Notes under the pieces: model-generated | What the model was told of the DNA's origin: nothing | The model's database searches: none | The model's input: only the letters and a program-made list of their open reading frames with translations | Shown: positions 47,836-58,188 of the stretch, piece after piece | How the letters are laid out: each line of letters begins with the position of its first letter | Position numbering within the stretch: the first letter of the stretch is position 1 | NCBI GenBank assembly: GCA_016432325.1 | Contig: CP066684.1 | Location: 640,001-704,000, forward strand | Source: Candidatus Aenigmatarchaeota archaeon | GTDB taxonomy: Archaea > Aenigmatarchaeota > Aenigmatarchaeia > PWEA01 > JACQIF01 | DNA: 64,000 nucleotides | Reading direction: 5' to 3' | Position numbers and translations under genes: made by a program

Positions 47836-48378
47836 TCAGACCGCCTCCCTGCATTCGTCGCACAGCAGCTCGCCGCTGACGAGCCGTAGGTCCGTCGTGT
47901 AGTTGCCGCAGGCCTCGCAGAGGTCGTCGGCCTCTGCCTTCTGAACGTCCTTCTTGAGCTCCTCGAGCTCTGCGTACAAGTAATCCATCAGTTCCGGAGC
48001 GACCCGCAGGACGTCGCCGTCGGTGAGTATCCCGGCAAGCTTGCCGCTCTCGACGACCATCAGCCGTTTGATGTTCTTCTCGGCCATGAGTTTCATCGCG
48101 TCCACGAGCTCCGCGTCCGCTCCTATCGTAACAGGATTCTTCGTCATCACTTCCTTGACGCGCGCCTTCTTGGCGTCCTTGTTCGACGCCACGATGCGCT
48201 TGACGATGTCCTCGCTTGTAATGAGGCCTACGAGCTTCTGGCCGACGCAAACAGGAACGGAACCTATGTTTTTAGATAGGATTGTTTTGGCGGCTTCGAC
48301 GACGGTGTCCTCGGGACCTATCCTCGACGGCTTCGCCGACATCGCGTCCGCGACCGTTATTTTGCGCATGTTGCTCAT
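47836..48378 (-). CDS. tandem CBS domain protein with C-terminal Zn ribbon
   Basis: Two CBS repeats; CEACG...LC.EC. Confidence 0.92.
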   Translation of the reverse strand: MSNMRKITVADAMSAKPSRIGPEDTVVEAAKTILSKNIGSVPVCVGQKLVGLITSEDIVKRIVASNKDAKKARVKEVMTKNPVTIGADAELVDAMKLMAEKNIKRLMVVESGKLAGILTDGDVLRVAPELMDYLYAELEELKKDVQKAEADDLCEACGNYTTDLRLVSGELLCDECREAV

Positions 48379-48415
48379 TGCTCCTTTCGTTTATTTAATG
48401 CCTTGTAGGTATTAT

Positions 48416-48823
48416 ATGGATAAAAAGGTGAGTGGCGTGACCAACTACAGGAAAGGAGTTCGCTTCGAGTACCGCGTCCGCGACATCTTCCGCAGGCACG
48501 GCTATGCGGCCGAGCGCAAGGCCGCGTCCTCGCCCTACGACATCATGGTCATGAAAGGCGGCCGTGTCGTGTTTGTTGTCGACGCGAAGAAAACATCCGT
48601 CTCCGGCAAGAAGCATATTCATATCAGCAGGGACGACGTCTCGAAGATAATCAGCAACGCGTCCGTTCTCAACGCGCAGCCGCTGGTCGTCTACGGCTTC
48701 AACATGGGCGACGCGTTTGTCGCGTTCCCCGAAGAGCTCCTGAAGAACGACGGAAAGACCGTGCGTCTGGAGGACGGGATGCTTCTCGAGAAGTTTCTGC
48801 AGAGCTACATTCAGGCAGCCTGA
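48416..48823 (+). CDS. hjc: Hjc-like PD-(D/E)xK nuclease
   Basis: Y.KG..FE....GY...R.AAS..YDI....VDAK. Confidence 0.75.
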   Translation: MDKKVSGVTNYRKGVRFEYRVRDIFRRHGYAAERKAASSPYDIMVMKGGRVVFVVDAKKTSVSGKKHIHISRDDVSKIISNASVLNAQPLVVYGFNMGDAFVAFPEELLKNDGKTVRLEDGMLLEKFLQSYIQAA

Positions 48824-48850
48824 AGACCGCGGGGTCTCCGGCCCTGCCTT

Positions 48851-49006
48851 CTAAAAATCCCTGGATTTCCACATGGATGCCGCCAGAAACGCGCAGCCTG
48901 CAAGAGCGGCCAAGACAGCGACAGGCCAGAGCACCGGCCATTTTAAAGCTGCCAGCACCGCCGCGAGCGTAACCGACGTTCCTACGAAGAGCCATCGTTT
49001 GTTCAT
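48851..49006 (-). CDS. small 2-TM membrane protein
   Basis: 51-aa hydrophobic ORF. Confidence 0.4.
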   Translation of the reverse strand: MNKRWLFVGTSVTLAAVLAALKWPVLWPVAVLAALAGCAFLAASMWKSRDF

Positions 49007-49088
49007 ATTGACCACGGTATGATTGTCCGCAGACGGACTTTTCATGAAGGTTTTTGCGCGTTGGCTTACGCGCTTGGCGCAAAAAGCT

Positions 49089-49820
49089 TCAGGGGTACGC
49101 GCGCTTCAGCGTCTTCATCAGCTCCTCGGCGTTTTCTATGCGCGTCAGCGCAACGGGTATGCTTTCCACTTCGCCTATGCGCAGCGCGATTTCGTCCAGC
49201 TCCTTCGGACCCTGGAAGACCACCAGGTTCGGCTTCAGGTTTGTGACCTTCAGGGCGACCATGGGGCTGCGGCCGGACGAGACGTTGGTGAATATCAGGG
49301 CGCGGTCGGTCGTCAGCCCGTAGATGTTGACCAGTTCGGTGGGAGAAAGCTCTATTATGGCCTTTATCGCGTCCACTATGGTATAACCGTAGATGTTCCT
49401 GTCGCCGAGATCCTCGCGCACCATTATCCTGCACTTTATCTCCTTGCAGAAGTCCTTGACGTTTACCGGAGTCGTAAACTCCTTGATGTCAAGCACGGCC
49501 GAAGAGAGGATATTCTTTGACGGGAATGAATAGAACTCGCGCAGAACCCGTCCGCCGCGCCTGTTGTCTATGTTGACAAGGGCCTCCACAAACCGTTGTA
49601 TTATCTTTATACCGGGGCTGGTCCTGCGGCCGGACTCGTAGTCCGATATGACAGACGGCATGATGCGCAACTCGTCGGCAAGCTCGCGCTGGGATATCTT
49701 GAATATGTTGCGCCACTTCCTTACCGTGAGGCCGGGCTTGGTCGAGAGAACTATTTCGCCGCATATCTGTTTGATAAGGTTATCTTCGGCTATCTTATTT
49801 ACGTCCAATGCAGCACCCAA
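49089..49820 (-). CDS. XRE-type HTH regulator (COG1709-like)
   Basis: I.GEI.LS..PG...RKWR..F..SQ.ELA...SVISDYE.GRR.SPG; GRSPMVA. Confidence 0.9.
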   Translation of the reverse strand: MGAALDVNKIAEDNLIKQICGEIVLSTKPGLTVRKWRNIFKISQRELADELRIMPSVISDYESGRRTSPGIKIIQRFVEALVNIDNRRGGRVLREFYSFPSKNILSSAVLDIKEFTTPVNVKDFCKEIKCRIMVREDLGDRNIYGYTIVDAIKAIIELSPTELVNIYGLTTDRALIFTNVSSGRSPMVALKVTNLKPNLVVFQGPKELDEIALRIGEVESIPVALTRIENAEELMKTLKRAYP

Positions 49821-49865
49821 TACGTTTTGTCGATGTGGATATTTAAATCTGTCGAACCCTGCCTG

Positions 49866-50202
49866 ACCCTTTCGTTTCGTCTGGAACGTCGGTATTCGTT
49901 TTTCGTGAAAACGAAACGCATGGATATAGATATAACACTGTTATATCAAGATATAGATAAGAGAGGGATGTTGCAGTGGAAACGATGGGGTGGGAGGGTC
50001 TTACGAGACGTCGAAAGAGATACGACGCTAGCCCCAAACATTTCAGATCAAGAACGCACAGACGTCCAAACCGCCGGTTATATTTACTCACATAGCACAC
50101 ATTCTATAAACGTTCAAACCATCGCTTCGTGTGGAGAAAAGCTTATATACACCCTCGTTTCGTATAGAGAATTCGCTCGCTTACCATGGTTTCGTATGGA
50201 GC
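49866..50202. promoter_or_regulatory. Candidate replication origin with ORB boxes upstream of cdc6
   Basis: GTTGCAGTGGAAACGATGGGG (49970-49990), inverted GTTCCAGACGAAACGAAAGGGT (49866-49887), three further inverted mini-ORBs at 50118, 50151 and 50183; AT-rich spacer. Confidence 0.8.
49931..49945. promoter_or_regulatory. Palindromic operator TATAACACTGTTATA inside oriC
   Basis: Extends to the 19-bp palindrome GATATAACACTGTTATATC. Confidence 0.7.
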
Positions 50203-50223
50203 GCGTGTGGGGGTTGGTCGCGA

Positions 50224-51414
50224 ATGCAGATGTCTCTGGAAAACGTAATACAAGGATACCTTTCTAGACGAAGCCTGTTCAAGGACAGAAAACCGTTCAA
50301 CGGCTACACGCCGGACGAAATTCTGCACCGCGACCGTGAGATAGAGACGGCGGCGTCGATACTCTCTCCGGCTCTGAAAAACCAGAGACCCTCAAATCTG
50401 TTCGTTTACGGCAAGCCAGGAACAGGGAAGACGACTGTGATAAACCGCGTCGCAGGCGAGATACAACGCCTCTCGGAGAACCACAACACGACGGTGAAGA
50501 TGGCGTACCTGAACTGCAAGCTCAAAAACGCCGCCGACACGGAGTATCGTGTAATCGCTTCTCTCTGCAAGGCGTTTGGTCGCGACGTTCCGGCCACCGG
50601 ACTACCGACCGTCAAGATATACGACGCCTTCTTCGACGCACTTGAGGAGGCAGGCGGCACGACCATAATCGTGCTGGACGAGGTGGATTTCCTCGTCGCC
50701 AAGATAGGAGACGGCTTCCTCTACAACCTGACGCGCATCAACGACGACCTGAAGAAGGCGCGCGTTTCGATAATCGGCATATCCAACAACCTGTCCTTTA
50801 CCGGGGCCCTGGATCCCCGCGTGCGTTCGTCGCTTTCGGAGGAAGAGCTGCTCTTCCCCCCGTACAACGCGCTGCAGCTGCGCGACATATTGAAAACGCG
50901 GGCGTCGATGGCGTTCAACGAGGACGCCCTTGAAGAAGGGGTCATTGAGAAGTGCGCCGCCCTCGCGGCTCAGGAACACGGGGATGCGCGGCGCGCGCTC
51001 GACCTCCTGCGCGTCGCAGGCGAAATCGCCGAGCGCGAAGGGGCAGAACGCGTGCGGATATCACATGTTGACGTGGCGCAAGGCAAGCTGGACGAGGACC
51101 GCGTGCTGGATGCCATACGCGCGCAGCCGCGCCAGTCGCAGACCGTTCTCTGGACGGTGATGCAGAACTCTGACGCGTCAACGGGCAACGTCTACGCTCT
51201 CTACGAAACCGCCTGCAAGAACAACGGCCTCAAGCCGCTGACGCAGAGGCGCGTCTCGGACCTCATATCAGAGCTTGACGTGCTGGGCGTCGTGGAGACG
51301 CGCGTGGTCAGCAAGGGCCGTTACGGCCGCACACGCATAATACAGGCAAGGATACCGCCGCATCTTCAGGCTCATGTGAGGGACGTGCTTGTGAAAGAGT
51401 TCTTCTTCGCATAG
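50224..51414 (+). CDS. cdc6: Orc1/Cdc6 replication initiator
   Basis: Y.P....HR, GKPGTGKT, LDEVD, LDPRV.SSL, GDAR.A.DLLR, wHTH S.GRYGRTR. Confidence 0.97.
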   Translation: MQMSLENVIQGYLSRRSLFKDRKPFNGYTPDEILHRDREIETAASILSPALKNQRPSNLFVYGKPGTGKTTVINRVAGEIQRLSENHNTTVKMAYLNCKLKNAADTEYRVIASLCKAFGRDVPATGLPTVKIYDAFFDALEEAGGTTIIVLDEVDFLVAKIGDGFLYNLTRINDDLKKARVSIIGISNNLSFTGALDPRVRSSLSEEELLFPPYNALQLRDILKTRASMAFNEDALEEGVIEKCAALAAQEHGDARRALDLLRVAGEIAEREGAERVRISHVDVAQGKLDEDRVLDAIRAQPRQSQTVLWTVMQNSDASTGNVYALYETACKNNGLKPLTQRRVSDLISELDVLGVVETRVVSKGRYGRTRIIQARIPPHLQAHVRDVLVKEFFFA

Positions 51415-51433
51415 AATACGACAGCGTGGGAAA

Positions 51434-52408
51434 ATGGACGTCGTTGACGAGATGCTGCGAAAGGGGATGCTGCTGTCGCCGGAAGCCGCCGCAGTCCTGC
51501 GCAGGAAGCCGGAGCTCGTTTCAACACTGAGCGTTTCCGGCACGGTCGTCACGCTCGGAGACGTCGAACGTCCGTCTGTCGTGTGGTCCGCGCCGCAGAA
51601 AAATGCGTCCTCTGTCAGCGAGCTTGCCGAATTCTACGCCGCGCGCTTCGCGTTCTACCGCGGTCTCCTCGAGGCCAAGGCCGACCGCGCGTTGCTCGTT
51701 TCAATGTCGCAGGCGGCCGGCCACGGTTCGCGCGCGAGCATAATCGGAATCGTCCGCGAGGTCGGGCAGGGCTTTGCCGTGCTGGAAGACGGGACGAAAA
51801 CTTTGCGCGTTCGGACACAAGAGAAGCTGCTCGAGGACGAGTGTGTGCTCGTGACAGGGACGATGGACCGCGACGCGCTTGTCGCGGAGACGATACTGTT
51901 CCCGGACGTGCCCATCGGGCACGCGGCCAAGACGTCGGCCAAGGAGGCGCGGCTTGTCGTCTGTGTTGACCCAGTCGCCGCCAACGCCACAGTCCTCATA
52001 ACGAACGCGTCCGCGGACAGTTCGCGCATGAACTTCGCCGCAGGCAACTCCGTGGTGTGGCCAGACGGCGCTGACGGAACGCGCCCGGTCTCCCCGTGCC
52101 TCCTGAACATCAACGGTCTCTTCGTACTGTTCCACAGGATATCCGCGGCCGATCTCCAGCGCATCGCAGACGCGCCTGTCGACAAGGCGGCCATACGCCT
52201 CCTGCGTTCGAGGCATATCGACCCGCGGAACACGCTTCCGGGCGATCCTCTGCTTCTGCGAGACGTCCCGGACATAGTCGTTCTGGACACAGGCGTGGCG
52301 TTCTCGGCAAACTACAAAGGCGTTACTGTCGTGTCGCCGTCGCGCGAACGCGCGTACGAGATAGACCTGAGAACGCGCGAAGTCAAGGAATTCAAAGCGC
52401 AGGCCTGA
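51434..52408 (+). CDS. Truncated/degenerate DNA polymerase D small subunit (DP1)-like protein
   Basis: Directly after cdc6; OB fold (IIGIV...LEDGT...FPDVP), LLR.RH..P...DP....VPD, NYKGV; phosphoesterase SD.H and GNHD motifs absent. Confidence 0.75.
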   Translation: MDVVDEMLRKGMLLSPEAAAVLRRKPELVSTLSVSGTVVTLGDVERPSVVWSAPQKNASSVSELAEFYAARFAFYRGLLEAKADRALLVSMSQAAGHGSRASIIGIVREVGQGFAVLEDGTKTLRVRTQEKLLEDECVLVTGTMDRDALVAETILFPDVPIGHAAKTSAKEARLVVCVDPVAANATVLITNASADSSRMNFAAGNSVVWPDGADGTRPVSPCLLNINGLFVLFHRISAADLQRIADAPVDKAAIRLLRSRHIDPRNTLPGDPLLLRDVPDIVVLDTGVAFSANYKGVTVVSPSRERAYEIDLRTREVKEFKAQA

Positions 52409-52910
52409 GATGGGACCACGGGATGTGAGTCTCCGCGAACAGGTCCGCGCGCAGGTTTTCCACATGGACAGAACCGACGTCGACGGATTCGAATCGCGTT
52501 GCATACGCCCCGCACCAGTCAGCGACCCTTTTCGGCGTCAGCGTCTCGCTCTTGTGGAAAAACAGTCTGCTGTGGAATCCGTTGGCCCCCCACTTCTGGG
52601 CTCTGGCCGACACGTGGCCGCCTGTAACGTCGGCTATGAAATCGGCGGTAGACGCGGCGTCCTCACTACGACCGCGTTCCGTGTAGACGTCGACTCTTGG
52701 AGAGTGCTTGCCGTTGAGCCGTATGAAATGGCGTGCGTCGTAAGACGCGCCGCCCGGACCGCGAAGATTGACGTCAACGCGCCTGCACGCATCTTCCGGA
52801 AGCATCCTCAGTTCGTCCAGCGTCGGCGCGCCTATCACGTAGTCCGTTAAAATTATCGGAGCTTCCGGCACCTCGTCTCCAGTCGGTTTAAGAACGTCAA
52901 ACAGTCCCAT
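52392..52910 (-). CDS. hypothetical protein
   Basis: ORF with TTAAATA upstream. Confidence 0.55.
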   Translation of the reverse strand: MGLFDVLKPTGDEVPEAPIILTDYVIGAPTLDELRMLPEDACRRVDVNLRGPGGASYDARHFIRLNGKHSPRVDVYTERGRSEDAASTADFIADVTGGHVSARAQKWGANGFHSRLFFHKSETLTPKRVADWCGAYATRFESVDVGSVHVENLRADLFAETHIPWSHLRPAL

Positions 52911-53037
52911 AAAATCCCTTCAATAAACGCACTAACCTATTTAAGCGGCACGAAACGCGCCGCACAAACCTCTATAATCCGCGCCACAAATCTATTTTAT
53001 ACTACGAGTGCAACTAAAACGCCTTCGGGGGTTAGGC

Positions 53038-55728
53038 ATGCGGCTGCAGGTATTGGACGCAGACTACACAATGCTGGACAACAAGCCTCTGATGCGCATA
53101 TTCTGCAAGCGGCCCGACGGGAAGAGCGTGTGCGTCTTCTACCGGAACTTCCTGCCTTATCTCTACGCGCTTCCGCGGGGCAGCGACGAGGACGTGACGG
53201 CGCTTCTCAGGAAAAGGTTCGGCGGCGAGCTCCTTAACGTCGAGCGCGTCGAGCGTTTCCTGCCTATCGGCTACAACGACACGCCGGCGAAGCTTCTTAA
53301 AATAACGCTCCGCACGCCCTCGAAGGTGCCGGAAGCGAAGGAGGCGCTCGCGTCCATCGCAGAGCTGTACGAAGCGGACGTCCTGTTTCGCTACAGATTC
53401 TTTTCCGATTTCGGCATCGGCGGCATGGGATGGATAGACGTCGAAGGTTCCAACGCGAGCACGTCTACGGTTTACTGCCCTGTGATAGAGGCGACGTCAA
53501 TAACGCCCGTCCAATCGGAGGAAAACGTGCCTCTGCGCTACATGTCTCTCGACATCGAATGCGTTCCTCTTGAGATGGCCGGAATAGCCGGGGCCGAGAA
53601 AGACCCGATAATAATGATGTCCCTGATATTCGAGCCCGGGCACAAGGACAGGCGTAGCGTGGTCCTCGCCTCAAGACTCGGCATCACGAACGCCGAATGC
53701 TATCCGGACGAGAAGCAGATGCTCCAGGCGTTCATCGACGTCGTGCGAGCGTACGACCCCGACGTGCTCGTGGGTTACAATATCCAGAACTTCGACCTCC
53801 CGTACATCCTCAAACGCCTGGAGATTCACGGCTTGGAACGCAAGCTAGGCCGCGCGGACAAGACGACGTTTACGCGCACCATGGTCGGCAAGCAGGCCAC
53901 GGACGTCATTGGCCGTGTGGTCGCGGACCCGTACGTGATAATACGAAAACCCGACATAAGCACCATGCCGGGGTTCGCCAGGTTCAAGCGTTATGATCTC
54001 AACACGGTCGCGCACGACCTCCTCGGCGAGGAGAAGATAAAGATAGACCACAAGGAGATGCGTGACGCGTGGCTGGCCCGCCAGAAGATGGAGACGTACG
54101 TCGAGTACTGCCGCAAGGACGCGGCGCTTGCGCTTAACATACTGCTGAAATACCAGATGATGGACAAGTACGTCGCCATCGCGCGCCTCTCCGGGATCAC
54201 GCTGCAGGACTCGATCAACGGCGGCCAGAGCACGCGCATAGAAAATCTCCTGCTCAACGAGTTCAACAGGCGCGGCTTCGTGATGCCCCTCAAGCCCGGG
54301 GACGAGGAAGACGCAGAACGCGAAGCGGAACGAGGGCAGACGGAGTACAAAGGAGGTCTCGTGCTCGAGCCGGAGAAAGGACTGCACACGGACGGCTGTA
54401 TTGCCGTATTGGACTTCAAGAGTCTGTATCCTTCGATAATCATGACCTACAACGTCTGTCCCACAACGCTCGTCAGGAGCGACACGAACGCGTCGCTCAA
54501 CGTCTCTCCAGCAGGCGCCAAGTTCGTGACGGCGGACGTCCGCGAAGGAATACTGCCCGCGATACTCGGCAGGCTGATAGACGAGCGCGCGGCGGTGAAG
54601 AAGCAGATGAAGTCCGCCAGCGGAACGGCCAAGGCCGTGCTGGACGCCAAGCAGTTCGCCCTGAAGATGGCCACGAATTCGTTCTACGGCTACACAGGAT
54701 ACCTGCGCGCGCGGATATACGTCCTGGACGTGGCGAACGCGATAACGGCATACGGGCGCACGCTGATAGAACAGACCAGGGACACGATAGAAGGCCACGG
54801 CTACAAGGTCGTCTACGGCGACACGGACTCAGTGATGATAAAAATCCCCACGCGAAACCTGGACGAGGCCTACACCATAGGAAACGACCTCTCGCGCGAG
54901 ATAACGGAATCCCTGCCCGGAAGGCTCGAACTGGACTTCGATAAAATCTTCCGCTCGTTCCTCATTCTTACCAAGAAGCGCTACGCCGGATGGTCCTTCG
55001 AGAAGACGGGCGACAAATGGAGCGACAAGATAGAGATGAAGGGAATCGAGACCGTGCGCCGCGACTGGTGCGATCTCGTGTCAGAGACAATGGAAAACGT
55101 GATAGAGACCATCCTGAAGGAAGGCGACATCGGCAAGGCGATGGGAACCGTCAAGGAGCAGGTCGAGCGGCTCAAGCAGGGAAACGTGGACATCTACAAG
55201 CTGGCGATAACGAAAGGCCTCACGAAGAGCACGGAGCGCTACGACGGGATGCTGCCGCACGTGGAGCTGGCGAAGCGGATGAAGAAGCGCGGCGGCGCGC
55301 CCGCGGCCGGCGACAGGATACAGTTCGTAATCGTTTCCGGGAACGCCCTGATAAGCCAGCGCGCCGAAGACCCCGAGTACATTATACAGAACAAGCTAAG
55401 GATAGACAGCGACTACTATATCGGCTCGCAGCTGCTGCCGCCTCTGGAGCGCATCTTTGCCGTGATGGGAATCGAACGCAACGAGCTGACCGGCGGAGGC
55501 CGCCAGATAAGCCTCTTCGAAGCCATGAACGGCGGCAAGCCCCAGCGGAAGTTCTCTGTTGTGAGCGAGATGAACCCCGACAAGGCGGTCGTCACCAACG
55601 TCGAGGGCTTTTCGTGCCGCTCCTGCAAAACAACGTTCCGCCGCGTGCCGATTCTCGGCAAGTGCGACTGCGGCGGAGAAATCTACGCGTACGGCGGCGG
55701 CATGATGGGCAAGACAGTGGCGGTTTGA
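53038..55728 (+). CDS. polB: family B DNA polymerase with C-terminal Zn finger
   Basis: DIE, YN..NFD, YC..D exonuclease motifs; DFKSLYPS, K...NS.YG, YGDTDS, KKRY. Confidence 0.97.
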   Translation: MRLQVLDADYTMLDNKPLMRIFCKRPDGKSVCVFYRNFLPYLYALPRGSDEDVTALLRKRFGGELLNVERVERFLPIGYNDTPAKLLKITLRTPSKVPEAKEALASIAELYEADVLFRYRFFSDFGIGGMGWIDVEGSNASTSTVYCPVIEATSITPVQSEENVPLRYMSLDIECVPLEMAGIAGAEKDPIIMMSLIFEPGHKDRRSVVLASRLGITNAECYPDEKQMLQAFIDVVRAYDPDVLVGYNIQNFDLPYILKRLEIHGLERKLGRADKTTFTRTMVGKQATDVIGRVVADPYVIIRKPDISTMPGFARFKRYDLNTVAHDLLGEEKIKIDHKEMRDAWLARQKMETYVEYCRKDAALALNILLKYQMMDKYVAIARLSGITLQDSINGGQSTRIENLLLNEFNRRGFVMPLKPGDEEDAEREAERGQTEYKGGLVLEPEKGLHTDGCIAVLDFKSLYPSIIMTYNVCPTTLVRSDTNASLNVSPAGAKFVTADVREGILPAILGRLIDERAAVKKQMKSASGTAKAVLDAKQFALKMATNSFYGYTGYLRARIYVLDVANAITAYGRTLIEQTRDTIEGHGYKVVYGDTDSVMIKIPTRNLDEAYTIGNDLSREITESLPGRLELDFDKIFRSFLILTKKRYAGWSFEKTGDKWSDKIEMKGIETVRRDWCDLVSETMENVIETILKEGDIGKAMGTVKEQVERLKQGNVDIYKLAITKGLTKSTERYDGMLPHVELAKRMKKRGGAPAAGDRIQFVIVSGNALISQRAEDPEYIIQNKLRIDSDYYIGSQLLPPLERIFAVMGIERNELTGGGRQISLFEAMNGGKPQRKFSVVSEMNPDKAVVTNVEGFSCRSCKTTFRRVPILGKCDCGGEIYAYGGGMMGKTVAV

Positions 55729-56192
55729 TGAACGTTCTGGATATATCGCTCTTCCTTTCCGTCTGGGCGCCGTGGTTCGCCGTCCTGCTCGCGACGCCCC
55801 TTATCATGCACACGAAGAACTATCGCCGGGCTGTTTTGTACGTCGCTCTTCTCTTCGCCGTGCTGGCCGCCGTGGCAGCCGTCAAGACGCTCACTGCCAT
55901 TCCGCGGCCGGACGGCGCGCTGATTCCAGAACTCGGTTCGTCGTTCCCGAGCGGCCATGCGGCTCTTGCGTTCGTCCCTCTAGGATTCTACTGGTCGCTC
56001 GTGCGATGGCCGCACCGTATCGCGCTCTTCTTATTTGGCGCGCTGGTCGCATACTCTCGGCTCGTCCTGAACGTCCACTATCCAATCGATGTAGTCGCAG
56101 GCGGGCTGATAGGATTCGCCGTTCCATACGCTGTTATGAGGAACGAGAGAACAGTGCTTCGCCTGGTGCACAGAATCGTAAAGGAGCGCTAG
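55728..56192 (+). CDS. PAP2-family membrane phosphatase
   Basis: K......RP, FPSGH, SR..L.VH...DV..G. Confidence 0.92.
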   Translation: MNVLDISLFLSVWAPWFAVLLATPLIMHTKNYRRAVLYVALLFAVLAAVAAVKTLTAIPRPDGALIPELGSSFPSGHAALAFVPLGFYWSLVRWPHRIALFLFGALVAYSRLVLNVHYPIDVVAGGLIGFAVPYAVMRNERTVLRLVHRIVKER

Positions 56193-56193
56193 T

Positions 56194-57846
56194 CTACATT
56201 CCGTCCATGCCGCCGGGCGGCATCTGCGGTCCGCCGCCGCTGAGCTTCGACGCGGTCACGATGTCGTCTATTCTCAAAAGCATCTCCGCGGCCTCGGACG
56301 CGGACTTTATCGCCTGCGTCTTTATCTTGAGCGGTTCGATGACGCCTGCTTTCCACATGTCCACGACATTCCCCGCGTAGACGTCGACACCTGAGTGCTT
56401 GCCTCCCTTCTCGTGCGCGGCTCGCAGTTCGACGAGGATGTCTATCGGGTCCAGTCCGGCGTTCTCCGCGAGCGTGCGCGGTATCGATTCCAGAGCGTCC
56501 GCGAACGCTTGGATGGCGAGCTGTTCTCGCCCGGAGTATTTCTGGCTGAAGACGCGCAGTTTTCTTGCGACCTCCGCTTCTGGCGCGCCGCCACCTGCAG
56601 TAACGCGTCCTGTTTCAAGGGCCGCTGCTATACCGCCTATCGCGTCGGTCATCGCGCGTTCTATCTCGTCTATGACGTGTTCTGTTCCGCCTCGTATGAG
56701 TATTGAAACGGCCTTGGGGCTCTTGCATTCGCGCACGAACACCATTCGCTCTCCGGCGACCTTCTTCTCTTCTACAAGCTTCGCATAACCAAGGTCGTCC
56801 TTCGAGAGCGCGTCAAGGTTCGTTACGACACGCGCTCCTGTCGCGCGTGCAAGCGCGTCCATGTCGCTCTTCTTGACGCGGCGCGTCGCGGCGACCCCTG
56901 CCTTCTGCAGGTAGTGCTGGGCCGGATCTTCTATACCCTTCTGGCAGAATATGAGGTTCGCGCCCGAAGCGACGACCTTCTCGACCATCTTCTTCAACAT
57001 CTTGTCTTCCTGTTCGAGGAACGCCTCCAGCTGGTCAGGCGACGTTATCTCTATCTTCGCGTCCGTTTCCGTCTCCTTGACTTCCAGAGCGACGTCGAGC
57101 AATGCAATCTTGGCGTCTTTCACGACCTTGGGCATCCCGGAGTGAATTATCTCCTTATCCACGACGACTCCCATGATCAGTTCCGTGTCTTCAACGCCCC
57201 CGCCCGTCTTCTTTTCAAGCTTGATATTCTCATCGTCGACGCTGCCGTCGTTCTCCCTTACGAGAAGAACGGCGTCCATCGCCAGTTGCGCGAGATGCTC
57301 GCTGGCGCGCTCGGCGCTCTTGCCTGTCATCGCCGTTATCGCAATCTGCTTGAGAACGTTCTTGTCCTTGCTGAGATCCACCTTCTCCGCGCCTTCGTTC
57401 AGAATTTTCAGAGACTCTTCTCTGGCCATCTTGTAGCCCTTTGCTATTACGGTCGGGTGAACTTCTTGGTCTATCAGATCTTCAGCGCGCTTGAGCAGTT
57501 CTGCGGCTATGACGACAGCCGTGGTTGTTCCGTCGCCGACTTCCTCTTCCTGTGTTTTGGCGACTTCGACGAGCATCTTCGCCGCCGGGTGTTCTATCTC
57601 CATCTCTTCGAGAATTGTAACGCCGTCGTTCGTTATTACGATGTCGCCCATGCTGTCCACGAGCATCTTGTCCATGCCTTTCGGCCCGAGCGTCGTTCGC
57701 ACTGTGTCGCCCACCGCTCGCGCGGCAGCGATGTTGGATTTCTGGGCTCCTTTGCCCGTGTTGCGCAGCGTGCCCTCGGGCAGTATGAATATAGGTTGCG
57801 TTCCGCTTGGCAGTCCTGGCATTCCGTTCATATTTGTTACCCCCAA
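56194..57846 (-). CDS. ths: thermosome subunit (group II chaperonin)
   Basis: [18 protein letters not shown]-terminal GGM tail. Confidence 0.97.
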   Translation of the reverse strand: MGVTNMNGMPGLPSGTQPIFILPEGTLRNTGKGAQKSNIAAARAVGDTVRTTLGPKGMDKMLVDSMGDIVITNDGVTILEEMEIEHPAAKMLVEVAKTQEEEVGDGTTTAVVIAAELLKRAEDLIDQEVHPTVIAKGYKMAREESLKILNEGAEKVDLSKDKNVLKQIAITAMTGKSAERASEHLAQLAMDAVLLVRENDGSVDDENIKLEKKTGGGVEDTELIMGVVVDKEIIHSGMPKVVKDAKIALLDVALEVKETETDAKIEITSPDQLEAFLEQEDKMLKKMVEKVVASGANLIFCQKGIEDPAQHYLQKAGVAATRRVKKSDMDALARATGARVVTNLDALSKDDLGYAKLVEEKKVAGERMVFVRECKSPKAVSILIRGGTEHVIDEIERAMTDAIGGIAAALETGRVTAGGGAPEAEVARKLRVFSQKYSGREQLAIQAFADALESIPRTLAENAGLDPIDILVELRAAHEKGGKHSGVDVYAGNVVDMWKAGVIEPLKIKTQAIKSASEAAEMLLRIDDIVTASKLSGGGPQMPPGGMDGM

Positions 57847-57933
57847 ATGTTATCCCTAAAAGGATTGCGTCTTGCGTAACGTAACAGCCGAATCAGCTAT
57901 TTAAACCTTACCGGAGAGCATCGGAGGGATACT

Positions 57934-58179
57934 ATGGTATTTGTGTGGCAGGACGCGGCCTTTACGATTGGCCAGCTGATTTTCATGATTAGCCTTCTTC
58001 CTACTGTCATGGACCGGAAATCTCAGGTGCCTCGACAGACCAGCGTTACTACGACCGCGATTATGCTCGGATTCGCTGTGACGTACGTGTCCTTAAATCT
58101 CTACTTCGCCGCCGCCCTGAGCTGCCTGCTGGCAATAATGTGGGGAGTCGTGGCGTGGAAGCGGCCCGTAAAAAAGTGA
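57934..58179 (+). CDS. small 3-TM membrane protein (PQ-loop/SemiSWEET-like)
   Basis: Three hydrophobic helices, LLP.V. Confidence 0.6.
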   Translation: MVFVWQDAAFTIGQLIFMISLLPTVMDRKSQVPRQTSVTTTAIMLGFAVTYVSLNLYFAAALSCLLAIMWGVVAWKRPVKK

Positions 58180-58188
58180 TGATGGACC

